Both the position numbers and the translations under genes were made by a program. DNA of 28,285 nt, from assembly GCA_964359535.1 (NCBI GenBank), contig CAYHTF010000001.1, forward strand, positions 1 through 28,285. Reading direction: 5' to 3'. Every line of letters begins with the position of its first letter. Positions within the stretch are counted from its first letter, which is position 1. The notes beneath the pieces were generated by a model. The model made no database searches and was not told the origin of the DNA. It saw nothing but the letters and a program-made list of their open reading frames with translations. Below are positions 7,683 to 17,162 of the stretch, piece by piece. The stretch is from an uncultured Candidatus Saccharibacteria bacterium. GTDB lineage: Bacteria; Patescibacteriota; Minisyncoccia; Minisyncoccales; JAUWAW01.

Positions 7683-9449
7683 ATGAAAGTTGAACCGCAG
7701 CAGTTAAAATCATTTCTGGCGGACGCGGGCCTGGTCAAAGAAAAGCAGTTTGACGAGGCCCTGGCCAAAGCGGAAAAAACCAAACAGAAAGTAGGCGATA
7801 TTTTGGTTTCCGATGGCCTACTCTCTCAGGAGCAGATGATAAAAATGGAGGCCTATATTCTGGGCATCCCTTTTGTTAATTTGGAAGAAGAAACCATTGA
7901 TCCGAAAATACTTAAAATTATACCCGAACCCATTGCCCGTTCGCACAATATCATCGCTTTTAGAAAAAAAGACCAAAACCTTGAAGTGGCAATGCTCGAC
8001 CCTGAGGATTTAAGAACAATTGAGTTTATCAAGAAAAAAGCCAATTTGAAAATTCTGCCGCGGCTGACAACCGTGGATTCAATCAAAAACGCCTTGCGCC
8101 AGTACGCCAAGTCGCTGGAAGCGGAGTTTGGTGAAATCATCAGAAAGGACGCGGGCATTATTAAAATAATCAGAGAAAGCGACGAATCGGCCGGGAGCAA
8201 AGAAGTAGAGAAAGAAGAATTAAGAAAGGCAGCCGAAGAATTGCCGGTTATTCGTATTGTGGACACTTTAATTAAGCACGCTATTCTTCAGCGCACATCG
8301 GATATTCATATTGAGCCCACGGAAAAAGAAGTGATAGTTAGATACCGCATAGACGGCATTTTAAGAGACGCGATGCTTCTGCCCAAAACAGCGGCTTCGG
8401 GGATTGTGGCTCGCATCAAAGTTTTAAGCGACTTAAAATTAGACGAGCATCGTTTGCCGCAAGACGGAAGATTTAAGGTTGAAACCGAGGAATACCGCTA
8501 TTCTGTAAGGGTGTCCATCTTGCCGGTATTTGACGGAGAAAAAATCGTGATGCGTCTTTTGCCCGAAACATCTTCTAAAGCCCTTACACTGGAGGGCTTG
8601 GGACTTAGAGGGATGGCTTTGGAAAAAATACAAGACGCTCTAAAAAGGCCTGTGGGTATGATTTTAATTACCGGGCCGACCGGTTCGGGAAAGACCACCA
8701 CCTTATACGGTATGATGGAAATTTTGAACGACCCGGGCGTTAATATCTCCACGGTTGAGGACCCGATTGAGTATCGTATGCCTAGAATTAATCAAACGCA
8801 GGTTAATCCCAAAATCGGCTTTACTTTCGCCTCGGGTCTGCGCTCGCTGGTTCGGCAAGACCCCGATGTGATTATGGTGGGCGAAATTCGAGACAACGAA
8901 ACCGCCTCGCTGGCCATTAACGCGGCTCTCACCGGACACTTGGTGCTGTCCACTTTGCATACCAACTCGGCGGCCGGGTCTATTCCTCGGCTGATTGATA
9001 TGCAGGCCGAGCCGTTTCTTATTTCTTCCACGGTGAATATTATTTTGGCCCAGCGGCTGGTCCGGCGGCTTTGCTCGGAAAAAGAAAAATACACCCTGAA
9101 CGAGGCGGAAATAAAGGACTTGGATAAATACTGCGATATGGACAAAATTATGGCTATGTTTAAGGAAGAAAAAATCGCCAAACCGAACGACACGCTCAAA
9201 GATATTACTTTTTACCGCCCTAAGACAACCAAAGAAAACGAGGACGGCTACAGTGGCCGCATAGGCATTTACGAAGCCCTGCCCATAACCGAGACCATCA
9301 AGGATATGATTGTTAAAAAAGCGACCTCGGACCAAATACAGAAGGAAGCGGAAAAAGAAGGAATGAGAACAATGTCCGAGGACGGGTTTGTCAAGGCGGC
9401 GCAGGGAGTAACATCGATTGAGGAAGTATTAAGAGTCATCACTGAATAA
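7683..9449 (+). CDS. pilB: Type IV pilus assembly ATPase PilB (GspE family)
   Basis: N-terminal T2SSE_N-like domain. Walker A ILITGPTGSGKTTTLY. Asp/His boxes DPIEY, RQDPDVIMVGEIRD and TGHLVLSTLHTN. Confidence 0.95.
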   Translation: MKVEPQQLKSFLADAGLVKEKQFDEALAKAEKTKQKVGDILVSDGLLSQEQMIKMEAYILGIPFVNLEEETIDPKILKIIPEPIARSHNIIAFRKKDQNLEVAMLDPEDLRTIEFIKKKANLKILPRLTTVDSIKNALRQYAKSLEAEFGEIIRKDAGIIKIIRESDESAGSKEVEKEELRKAAEELPVIRIVDTLIKHAILQRTSDIHIEPTEKEVIVRYRIDGILRDAMLLPKTAASGIVARIKVLSDLKLDEHRLPQDGRFKVETEEYRYSVRVSILPVFDGEKIVMRLLPETSSKALTLEGLGLRGMALEKIQDALKRPVGMILITGPTGSGKTTTLYGMMEILNDPGVNISTVEDPIEYRMPRINQTQVNPKIGFTFASGLRSLVRQDPDVIMVGEIRDNETASLAINAALTGHLVLSTLHTNSAAGSIPRLIDMQAEPFLISSTVNIILAQRLVRRLCSEKEKYTLNEAEIKDLDKYCDMDKIMAMFKEEKIAKPNDTLKDITFYRPKTTKENEDGYSGRIGIYEALPITETIKDMIVKKATSDQIQKEAEKEGMRTMSEDGFVKAAQGVTSIEEVLRVITE

Positions 9450-9451
9450 TT

Positions 9452-10681
9452 ATGCCTTCATATTCTTATACCGCTAAATCATTGCAAGGAGAAGAGGTCT
9501 CCGGAGAAAAAACCGCCAAAAGCGAGAGAGACCTGGCCGGCCTGCTTCGTCAGGACGGCTTCGTTTTGATTACCGCTAACGAAATGGGCCGCCCCAAAAA
9601 GATTTCTCTTTTTGAGGCCGTCAAAAACAGCATACCTTTTTTGGGCAAGGTTTCTTTGACCGAGAAAATGATGTTCGCCAAAAATTTGCAGGTGATGGTT
9701 AAGGCCGGCATTGCTTTGCCCAGAGGATTGCAGATATTGTCCACGCAATCAAAAAACTCGCAATTTAAAAAGGCGCTGGAAACGATTGGCGAGGACATTA
9801 GCAAGGGACGCAATTTTTCCGAGGCCTTGGGTAGGTATCCGCGGATTTTTTCCGAACTTTTCCAAAGCATGGTGGCGGTGGGAGAAACAAGCGGCACATT
9901 AGAGGATGTTCTGCGAGTGTTGACCAAGCAAATGGAAAGAGATCATGAGCTCAAGTCAAAGATAAAGGGCGCGATGACCTATCCGATTGTTATTATCTGC
10001 GCGATGATTGCTGTTGGCATAGTGATGATGGTTACGGTGGTGCCCAAGCTCTCGGAAACTTTCATAGAGCTGAAAGTTGAACTGCCCCCTTCCACTAAAA
10101 TAGTAATTGGCTTGGGCAATTTTTTGGCCCAATTCTGGTATTTAGTGCCGATTATTGTCTTGGTTTTGTTTTTTTTGATTAGATTTATTTTGTCGCTGAA
10201 AATGGGAAAAAAAGCAACCGACGGTTTATTTTTAAGGATGCCGGCCATCGGCCCTCTAATCAAAAAAACAAACGCGGCCTATACGGCGCGCACTTTGGCC
10301 TCGTTGATTAGCGCGGGTGTGCCGATTGTAAGGGCATTGGAAGTGGTGGCCAAGACATTAAATAATTTTTATTTTCGGGAGGCCATTATTCAGGTCGCGG
10401 AAAAAGTAAGCCGGGGTTCGGAACTTTCTACGGCCTTAAAGCCCTACCAAAATATTTATCCTTCGCTGGTAGTGCAGATGATTGAAGTGGGCGAGGAAAC
10501 CGGCCAAAGCGCGGAGATTTTGGAAAAACTGGCCGACTTTTATGAGGCCGAAGTAAGCGACGCCACCAAAAACATATCTTCCATTGTTGAGCCAGCTCTG
10601 ATGATTATCATTGGCGTGGTCGTCGCCTTTTTCGCCGTTTCAATGATCCAGCCAATGTATTCAATGATGGATTCGATATAA
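9452..10681 (+). CDS. pilC: Type IV pilus platform protein PilC (GspF family)
   Basis: Duplicated GspF repeat (MVKAGIALPRGL... / LISAGVPIVRAL...), three TM segments, immediately follows pilB. Confidence 0.95.
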   Translation: MPSYSYTAKSLQGEEVSGEKTAKSERDLAGLLRQDGFVLITANEMGRPKKISLFEAVKNSIPFLGKVSLTEKMMFAKNLQVMVKAGIALPRGLQILSTQSKNSQFKKALETIGEDISKGRNFSEALGRYPRIFSELFQSMVAVGETSGTLEDVLRVLTKQMERDHELKSKIKGAMTYPIVIICAMIAVGIVMMVTVVPKLSETFIELKVELPPSTKIVIGLGNFLAQFWYLVPIIVLVLFFLIRFILSLKMGKKATDGLFLRMPAIGPLIKKTNAAYTARTLASLISAGVPIVRALEVVAKTLNNFYFREAIIQVAEKVSRGSELSTALKPYQNIYPSLVVQMIEVGEETGQSAEILEKLADFYEAEVSDATKNISSIVEPALMIIIGVVVAFFAVSMIQPMYSMMDSI

Positions 10682-10682
10682 A

Positions 10683-11552
10683 ATGAAAAACGGTTTCACG
10701 CTTATTGAGATATTGATTGTTGTTGCTATTTTGGGTTTGCTGATGGCTGGCGCTGTGCCGGGATTTCAGTATTTTCAAAAGCAGCGCGATTTGGGTTCTG
10801 GGGCGGACGGCATTATGTCTGCTTTGCGCCTGGCTCGAAGCAAAACATTGGCTTCGCAGAACGACAGCCCTTGGGGCGTTTATTTTTTTAACTCTGCCGC
10901 GCCCAATGAATATGTTTTATTTAATGGTTCCAGTTATGCCGAGCGAACCCTGTCTTTAGATGAAGTTCATTTTTTGCCGGTTTCAGTGGCGATAAGCCAA
11001 ATCAGCTTGTCAATCGGACAGGAGGTTGTTTTTAGCCGGTTGAGCGGTAATGCTTCTTCTTCGGGCAGTGTTGTTTTGCAATTAGTCAATGAGCCAGCCA
11101 AAACAAAAACGATTTATGTCTCTTCTTCTGGCCAAGCGGGGCTGACGGCTTTCTCTTCTCCCAGCGACAGCGCAAGAATCAAGGACTCCCGGCATATTCA
11201 TTTTAATTATTCGCGAATAATTAGCGCGCCGACGGAAAAAATCACTTTGATTTTCGGCAATCCGCAGATAGTCAGCCAGGAAATAAATATCGCGGAAAAT
11301 ATGCGGGACGGCCAGATTTATTGGTCGGGCGAGGTTGATGTTGCCGGAACCATACAAAAATTAAAAATACACACGCATTGGTTAAACTCTTCGGACACCC
11401 AGCTTTGTATTGACCGCGACCGAAGATACAACGATAAATTTTTGAAAATTACCATTTCTGGAGACGGTTCCGGCAGTTTGATTGAATACAGCGCGGACGG
11501 CTTAACTACCCAAGGCGGTTCAATTTATACCAGCAGTCCCCAATTGCAATGA
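10683..11552 (+). CDS. Prepilin-type protein, FimT/GspH-like minor pilin
   Basis: The N-terminal MKNGFTLIEILIVVAILGLL has the G|FTLIE class III signal. It is followed by ALRLARSKTLA, typical of the FimT/GspH group. Confidence 0.8.
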   Translation: MKNGFTLIEILIVVAILGLLMAGAVPGFQYFQKQRDLGSGADGIMSALRLARSKTLASQNDSPWGVYFFNSAAPNEYVLFNGSSYAERTLSLDEVHFLPVSVAISQISLSIGQEVVFSRLSGNASSSGSVVLQLVNEPAKTKTIYVSSSGQAGLTAFSSPSDSARIKDSRHIHFNYSRIISAPTEKITLIFGNPQIVSQEINIAENMRDGQIYWSGEVDVAGTIQKLKIHTHWLNSSDTQLCIDRDRRYNDKFLKITISGDGSGSLIEYSADGLTTQGGSIYTSSPQLQ

Positions 11553-12058
11553 AATTATTTTATGGCGCGGCAATTATAGAAATTTTAATCGCTATCGCTG
11601 TTTTGGCTTTGGTTTTAACTTCGGTTTTGGGTTTGGCCGGACTCTCGTTACAAAGCGCTGGGCTGATTCAGCAAACAGTGGCGGCCGTGAATTTGGCGCA
11701 GGAAGCAATGGAAGCGGCTCGCAGTTTTAGAGACGCCGTTGCCTGGGAGAACGAAGATCCGCAGGATCAATATGACGGTTTGGGAGTGCTCGCGCCCGGC
11801 GCTTTTTACCATCCGGCCAAGTCGCAGGACAGCCAGCCCAAATGGATGCTTTTGTCCGGCCAGGAAACATTTGGCGGTTTTTCAAGAAAAATTGTTTTTG
11901 AAAATGTTTCCCGCGACTCCAGCCAGAATATTGAATCGGTTTATAACCCGGCCAATAACGACCCGGACACTAAAAAAGCGATTGTTTCTGTTTCTTGGCA
12001 GGAGAAAGGCCGGCCGCATTCAGTTGAATTGAATACTTATTTAACCAACTGGCGATGA
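11549..12058 (+). CDS. Pilin-like protein with degenerate prepilin signal
   Basis: MKLFYGAAIIEILIAIAVLALV keeps the E5-type Glu and hydrophobic helix but lacks the canonical GF motif. ATGA overlap with the upstream gene. Confidence 0.6.
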   Translation: MKLFYGAAIIEILIAIAVLALVLTSVLGLAGLSLQSAGLIQQTVAAVNLAQEAMEAARSFRDAVAWENEDPQDQYDGLGVLAPGAFYHPAKSQDSQPKWMLLSGQETFGGFSRKIVFENVSRDSSQNIESVYNPANNDPDTKKAIVSVSWQEKGRPHSVELNTYLTNWR

Positions 12059-12570
12059 TTAAAAGGGAGGGATTCACAATGGTAGAAATATTGGTTTATG
12101 TGGCTGTTTTAGGATTGCTCGTTTCAGCTATCGCTTCTTTTTTTCTTTGGGCGTCAAATGTAAGCGCCAAAAATCAAGCGATGGCCGAAGTTCTTAATAA
12201 CGGCCAAAGAGCTCTTTCAACCATAACCATTGAAATTAGAAAAGCGAAAACCGTTTATTCTCCCACTATGTCTGCTTCGCAATTGTCGCTGGAAACAAAC
12301 GATAGTTTGGGAGCGGGCGAGACAAGCGGCTTTGTTGATTTTTTTCTGTGCGGAGAACAGCTCTGCTTGAAAAGAGAAGGCCAGCCGGTTTTGGCCATAA
12401 CTTCCGATAAGGTAGTTGTTTCTTATTTATCTTTTACGGTCGTTAATTACAGCACAACCACGGCTTCGGTTCAAATCGGATTGAAGGTTGATTATAAGGG
12501 CGGAGAGGGCAAAGCCGAGCGGCAAGCCGCGTTTAACGCGACCTCCACGGCCGCTTTGAGGCCTTATTAA
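12055..12570 (+). CDS. Prepilin-type minor pilin
   Basis: MIKREGFTMVEILVYVAVLGLLV (G|FTMVE signal). ATGA overlap with the upstream gene. Confidence 0.75.
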   Translation: MIKREGFTMVEILVYVAVLGLLVSAIASFFLWASNVSAKNQAMAEVLNNGQRALSTITIEIRKAKTVYSPTMSASQLSLETNDSLGAGETSGFVDFFLCGEQLCLKREGQPVLAITSDKVVVSYLSFTVVNYSTTTASVQIGLKVDYKGGEGKAERQAAFNATSTAALRPY

Positions 12571-12575
12571 AAAAT

Positions 12576-14390
12576 ATGTTATGTCTTAAAAGCCAAAAAG
12601 GATTTGCCGTTTTTTATTTAACTATGCTGGTAATGGCCGTGGCGCTTGGCTTGACCGCGTCGGTTTTCGCCTTATCGGCCAGCCAGCAAAAAATAGCGCA
12701 GGATGCCGTTAGGTCTAGTCAGGCCTATTACGCGGCCGAGGCGGGCGCTGAAGACGCGATTTATCGGATAAAAAAGATGCTGGATATCCCTTCGGAATAC
12801 AGTATCAATGTCGGGCAGGATATAGTGAATATTTCGGTTGATTCGCCTAACTCAAATCGCCGGGTGGTCACCGCTATCGCGTCAGTCAATGGAGCGGTGC
12901 GGAAAACACAAATCACGCTCAGTATCAGCGCTGTTAATCCGGAATTTTTTTATGGCACCCAAGCCGGAACATTGGGCGTTGAAATGGAAAACAATTCCCG
13001 GATTGAGGGAATAGGCGGTTCGGCCGGCAATATTTATTCCAATGGTTCAATTTTCGGGGCGCAGGGCGTGGTTATTACTGGCGATGCTTTTGTGGCCACG
13101 GGTATGTTGCAAGACCAAACCCATACTGTTTACAATAGCGGCCAGGTTTTTGGTCAAACTAACCCGGTTATTGATATGGCGCAAAGCTTCAAGCCCTCTA
13201 TTTCCGAAAAATTGGTCAAGGCGAGCGTTTATATCAAGAAAATCGGCTCGCCGTCTAATCGAACTATTCGGATTATGACCGACAGCGCCGGCTCGCCTTC
13301 AAAGGCCCAATTAGCTTCCGCTACTCTGAGCGGCAGTTTAGTCGGCACCAGTTATGGCTGGGTTGATGTTGTTTTTCCCTCGCCGTCAAGCTTGGTTCAA
13401 GACACGGTGTATTGGCTGGTTTTTGACGCCGCGCAAGATAATAACGATTACTGGTCTTGGGGCAAAGACAATGAGCAGGGCTATGGCAATGGTCAGGCGA
13501 AATATACCCAGAATTGGAATTCGGCCAGCCCGGTTTGGACAACGATTGCCGGCGATTTGGATTTTAAGATATTTATGGGCGGGCAGGCCACTTCATTAAA
13601 TGATGTTTTGGTTAAAGGCAATGCCTCGGCCAACACTATCAATAACAGCAAGATATGCGGCGACGCCTATTATCAAACCATAGATAGCGGCTCTCTTAGT
13701 TTTCTTAACAGCCCAAGCAGTCCCTGTTCTTCCCCTTTGACTCCGGGAACAGCGCACCCGGCCAGTCCGGATCCGCCCTTGCAGAATATGCCTCTTTCTG
13801 ATTCCAATATCAATCAATGGGAAGATGACGCGGAAAAGGGCGGAGTTCTCTCGGGCGACTTAGTTGTTGCTGTCAGTATGTCTTATGGCCCGAAAAAGAT
13901 TGAAGGCAATTTAACGGTTGATGGCAGTAAAACTCTCACCCTTACTGGCGCCATTTATGTCACGGGCAATATTAATATCGGCAATGGCGCGTCCGTGCGT
14001 TGCGATGCCTCGTATGGCGCGAACAGCTGTATTTTAATAGCCGATGGCTGGATTCATATTGAAAACAACGGCATTTTTAGCGGTTCCGGGCAAGCAGGCA
14101 GTTATGTTATGCTCTTGTCTAATTCAATATGCGATGGTTCTTTTCCAACCGGCTGCACTAACCATAACGCGGCTATTGATTTGCACAACAACGCGGCGGG
14201 CGCGGTATTTTACGCTGGCAATGGCTTGATTTATCTGCATAATGGCGTTGAAGTTTCCGAATTAACCGGCAAGAAACTGCATTTGGAAAATAACGCTATT
14301 GTCAGGTACGCGCAGGGCTTGGCCAGCGCTAATTTCAGTTCTGGACCCGGCGCGTCGTGGCAGATAGAGGACTGGCAAGAAATTGAGTGA
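12576..14390 (+). CDS. Large PilX_N-like pilus-associated protein (candidate tip or adhesin component)
   Basis: The N-terminus KGFAVFYLTMLVMAVALGLTASVF...AYYAAEAGAEDAIYRI resembles PilX N-terminal domains. The C-terminal third has Gly/Asn-rich beta-helix-like repeats (GAIYVTGNINIGNGASV, IADGWIHIENNGIFSGSG, GLIYLHNGVEV). Confidence 0.6.
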   Translation: MLCLKSQKGFAVFYLTMLVMAVALGLTASVFALSASQQKIAQDAVRSSQAYYAAEAGAEDAIYRIKKMLDIPSEYSINVGQDIVNISVDSPNSNRRVVTAIASVNGAVRKTQITLSISAVNPEFFYGTQAGTLGVEMENNSRIEGIGGSAGNIYSNGSIFGAQGVVITGDAFVATGMLQDQTHTVYNSGQVFGQTNPVIDMAQSFKPSISEKLVKASVYIKKIGSPSNRTIRIMTDSAGSPSKAQLASATLSGSLVGTSYGWVDVVFPSPSSLVQDTVYWLVFDAAQDNNDYWSWGKDNEQGYGNGQAKYTQNWNSASPVWTTIAGDLDFKIFMGGQATSLNDVLVKGNASANTINNSKICGDAYYQTIDSGSLSFLNSPSSPCSSPLTPGTAHPASPDPPLQNMPLSDSNINQWEDDAEKGGVLSGDLVVAVSMSYGPKKIEGNLTVDGSKTLTLTGAIYVTGNINIGNGASVRCDASYGANSCILIADGWIHIENNGIFSGSGQAGSYVMLLSNSICDGSFPTGCTNHNAAIDLHNNAAGAVFYAGNGLIYLHNGVEVSELTGKKLHLENNAIVRYAQGLASANFSSGPGASWQIEDWQEIE

Positions 14391-14425
14391 TTTTTGTGAT
14401 ACAATGATAAAAAGGCAATGAAAAA

Positions 14426-15520
14426 ATGTTTGACTTTTTAACCTTAAAATTGAGCGCTTTCGGTTTGGATATTTCCGACTTGTCAATAAAGTTAGCTTAT
14501 CTCAAAAAGAAAAAGGGAATTTTAGGCGTGGCTTCTTATGGCGAAACGAAATTAAAGCCGGGCCTGGTGGAGAAGGGCGAGATTAAAGACGAAAAGGGGC
14601 TGGCTGACGCGATTAAAGCCGCAGTCAAGCAGGTTAAGGGCGAAAAACTTTCCACGAATCGCGTGATAGTCGGCCTGCCCGAAGAAAAGACCTTTTCCGA
14701 GGTTATCCAGATGCCTAAAACCAAAGAGGAGGATTTGCGAAAAGCGGTTTATTTTGAGGCGGAAAATCATATTCCTTTGCCTATTGAACAGGTCTATTTG
14801 GATTTTCAAGCGGTTGAACCGTTAAGCGGCCAATCGGACCACATTGATGTTTTGCTGTCTGCTATACCAAAAACAATAGCGGACGGTTATGTGGCCGCGA
14901 TTAAAAAAGCCGGCCTGCGGCCGATGGTTCTCGAGAGCGAATCCCAGGCCGTGGCCCGCGCTCTGATTAAAGACAATACGGCCACAGCCCCGGTTCTTAT
15001 AGTTGACATAGGCGCCGTTAGGACTATTTTTACGGTTTTTTCAGGCCGTTCTTTGCGTTTCACCAGTTCTATCCCTATTTCCTGCAATGAAATTACCGCG
15101 GCTATTGCCCGCGCTTTGTCTATTGATATTGGTCAAGTTGAGGCGCTGAGCGCGCGTTTTGATTTGAGAGCAAGAGACAAAGGGGGTGAAGGAAGAAAGA
15201 TTTTTGAGGCCTTAGTGCCGGTTTTCACTGATTTACTCGAGCAGATTAAAAAATGCATTGACTATTACCAAACGCACTCCCATTACGAAAACTTGGCCGA
15301 AGGCAAGAAAGTGGAAAAAATATATCTTTGCGGCGGCTGGGCTAATATCGTGAAAGACCTCGTTGATTTTTTGGGCGCAGAATTGAAAATACCCGTTGAA
15401 CTGGCTAATCCCTGGGTTAATATCGCGCCGGGCGGGCCGGAGACGGAAGGCAATTTGCCGGGGCATGGGTTGTCTTTTGTTACAGCTCTTGGCTTGGCAT
15501 TAAGGGGAATACAGCAATGA
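14426..15520 (+). CDS. pilM: Type IV pilus assembly protein PilM (actin-like ATPase fold)
   Basis: FGLDISDLSIKLAYLKKK, IVDIGAVRTIFTVF, IYLCGGWANI. Position is upstream of pilN/pilO. Confidence 0.9.
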   Translation: MFDFLTLKLSAFGLDISDLSIKLAYLKKKKGILGVASYGETKLKPGLVEKGEIKDEKGLADAIKAAVKQVKGEKLSTNRVIVGLPEEKTFSEVIQMPKTKEEDLRKAVYFEAENHIPLPIEQVYLDFQAVEPLSGQSDHIDVLLSAIPKTIADGYVAAIKKAGLRPMVLESESQAVARALIKDNTATAPVLIVDIGAVRTIFTVFSGRSLRFTSSIPISCNEITAAIARALSIDIGQVEALSARFDLRARDKGGEGRKIFEALVPVFTDLLEQIKKCIDYYQTHSHYENLAEGKKVEKIYLCGGWANIVKDLVDFLGAELKIPVELANPWVNIAPGGPETEGNLPGHGLSFVTALGLALRGIQQ

Positions 15521-16086
15521 TTAATCTTTTACCGCCATCTGAAAAAATAATCCTCAGCGAAGAAAAAAACGCCCGGCTGGCGGCTATTCTTAGTATTGCG
15601 GCCGTGGCGTGCTTGATTTCTCTTACCGCCATACTTGTTTCCATTAATATTTATTTACAGTCCCAGTCGCAATCGCAAGTCATTATTTTTGAAGAAGCGA
15701 GCAAGCAGTTCAGGGGCTCTGAATTGCGCGGCTTGGAGCAGGAAATAACCTCTCTCAACCGTTCTTTTACCAGCTTAAAAGAGTTCTACGCGAGCAAGCC
15801 GTATCTTATCGCTGATGTTTTGGAAAAGATAAATAAGGTTGTGCCCGAGGGCATTTTTTTGGACGAAATTTCATTTAGCGTTTCCGCGAACGCGGAGCAG
15901 GAAAAAAGCGCCACGACCACGGCCCAAATTTTTCTTTCGGGTTTGGCCGTAAAAAGGAGTTTGATTTTTGATTTTAAGCGCAATCTGGAAGCCCAGTCGT
16001 TTTTCGACGAGGTTTATTTTCCTCCCGAGGACTGGGTCAAGCCGGAAAACGCCAGGTTTTCCGTTAAGCTCAAAATAGTGTTTTAG
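15517..16086 (+). CDS. pilN: PilN-like pilus assembly protein
   Basis: Characteristic MINLLP start, single N-terminal TM, ATGA overlap with pilM. Confidence 0.7.
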   Translation: MINLLPPSEKIILSEEKNARLAAILSIAAVACLISLTAILVSINIYLQSQSQSQVIIFEEASKQFRGSELRGLEQEITSLNRSFTSLKEFYASKPYLIADVLEKINKVVPEGIFLDEISFSVSANAEQEKSATTTAQIFLSGLAVKRSLIFDFKRNLEAQSFFDEVYFPPEDWVKPENARFSVKLKIVF

Positions 16087-16093
16087 CAAAACA

Positions 16094-16657
16094 ATGAAAA
16101 AAACTATTATCATCATTGTCGTTGCCGCAGTTATTGTTTCTGCTTTTATTTTTTTTGTTATCGCGCCCTTGATGGCTAATATGAAAAAAAATTCCAACGA
16201 TCTTTTGAGCGCCAAAAAAACATATTCGGCTTTACAGGAGCAAATTGACAATCTTGAGCAGTTCAAGGCAACTCGCCAGATGCTGGAATACGACAGAGCG
16301 AAAGCCGATAATTTGTTCGTTGACCCGGATATGCCCTTGCGTTTCGTCCAGCTTTTAGAGGACATTGCTGATGTCAGCCAAATAACTATCAGTATTTCGC
16401 CGGCTGGCTCAAAAGCGATAAAGGGCGATACTTGGCCGTCTATGGCTTTCAGAATTTCGGCCGCCGGTTCGACTGTTGGCTGTTTCAAGTTTTTGGAAAG
16501 ATTGGAAACAGCCCCTGCTTTGCTGGAAATCCAGAACCTTTCCATTTCCGCGATTAGCGAGGAGGAGGCCTTGCGAAGAAAGCAGCTGGGCTTGCCAACA
16601 GGCGAAGTAGAAGCCGAATTTTTAATTAAAGTTTATTCTATTAAACAACCCCGATGA
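16094..16657 (+). CDS. pilO: PilO-like pilus assembly protein
   Basis: N-terminal TM followed by a coiled-coil-like segment (LLSAKKTYSALQEQIDNLEQFK). Positional equivalence to pilO. Confidence 0.6.
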   Translation: MKKTIIIIVVAAVIVSAFIFFVIAPLMANMKKNSNDLLSAKKTYSALQEQIDNLEQFKATRQMLEYDRAKADNLFVDPDMPLRFVQLLEDIADVSQITISISPAGSKAIKGDTWPSMAFRISAAGSTVGCFKFLERLETAPALLEIQNLSISAISEEEALRRKQLGLPTGEVEAEFLIKVYSIKQPR

Positions 16658-16971
16658 ATCTTAAATCAAAAATAGACGGCGCTAAAATAAAAACATTGGG
16701 GAAGCGATTGAAAGGCCTGCCTCTTTTTGTCGGCGAACGCGCTTTTTTATCCATTATTATTGTTATTTTTATTGAACTCGTTGCCGGCGGATTGCTGTTT
16801 TACAAGTACAGCGTTTTGCCCGGCAAAATAAAAATTGAAATTTCCGAGAATGCGGCTGATTTTAACAAAGATGATTACGAACGAGTAGTTAAGTTTTGGG
16901 AAGAACGGTCCAACAGAAGCCGAATCATAGAAGATAAAGTTTATTACAACCCGTTCAAACCCCTACCTTAG
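16654..16971 (+). CDS. Small single-TM protein, last gene of the pilus operon
   Basis: ATGA overlap with pilO. TM FLSIIIVIFIELVAGGLLFY. No family recognised. Confidence 0.5.
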   Translation: MNLKSKIDGAKIKTLGKRLKGLPLFVGERAFLSIIIVIFIELVAGGLLFYKYSVLPGKIKIEISENAADFNKDDYERVVKFWEERSNRSRIIEDKVYYNPFKPLP

Positions 16972-16986
16972 TTTACGACTTTTTCC

Positions 16987-17032
16987 AATTGTGACGTCTC
17001 AAAACGCCATGGCATTTTGAGACGTCACAATT
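16987..17032 (+). terminator. 18-bp perfect hairpin closing the pilus operon
   Basis: aattgtgacgtctcaaaa (16987-17004) pairs with ttttgagacgtcacaatt (17015-17032). The loop cgccatggca is itself near-palindromic. Only a weak T tract follows. Confidence 0.6.
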
Positions 17033-17089
17033 TGGGAGGGCTTTGGTTGCGTTTTCGCGGTATATTTTGTAGTATATTTTTATAGAAGA

Positions 17090-17162
17090 GTCCCCGTAGC
17101 ACAATGGATAATGCGACTGCCTTCTAAGCAGTAGATTGCAGGTTCGATCCCTGCCGGGGACA
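17090..17162 (+). tRNA. tRNA-Arg (anticodon TCT), no encoded CCA
   Basis: Acceptor stem GTCCCCG/CGGGGAC. Anticodon arm ACTGC-CTTCTAA-GCAGT. T arm GCAGG-TTCGATC-CCTGC. Discriminator A. Confidence 0.9.

Noticed and set aside
8703-9335. 210-aa minus-strand ORF, together with 7853..8266, 8498..8752 and 8792..9199
   Set aside because: These are antisense to pilB, whose frame carries unmistakable GspE motifs. The translations are Arg/Gly-rich and low-complexity, typical of shadow ORFs.
15871-16545. 224-aa minus-strand ORF
   Set aside because: It is antisense across the pilN/pilO junction, has no recognisable motifs, and would break the co-oriented coupled operon.
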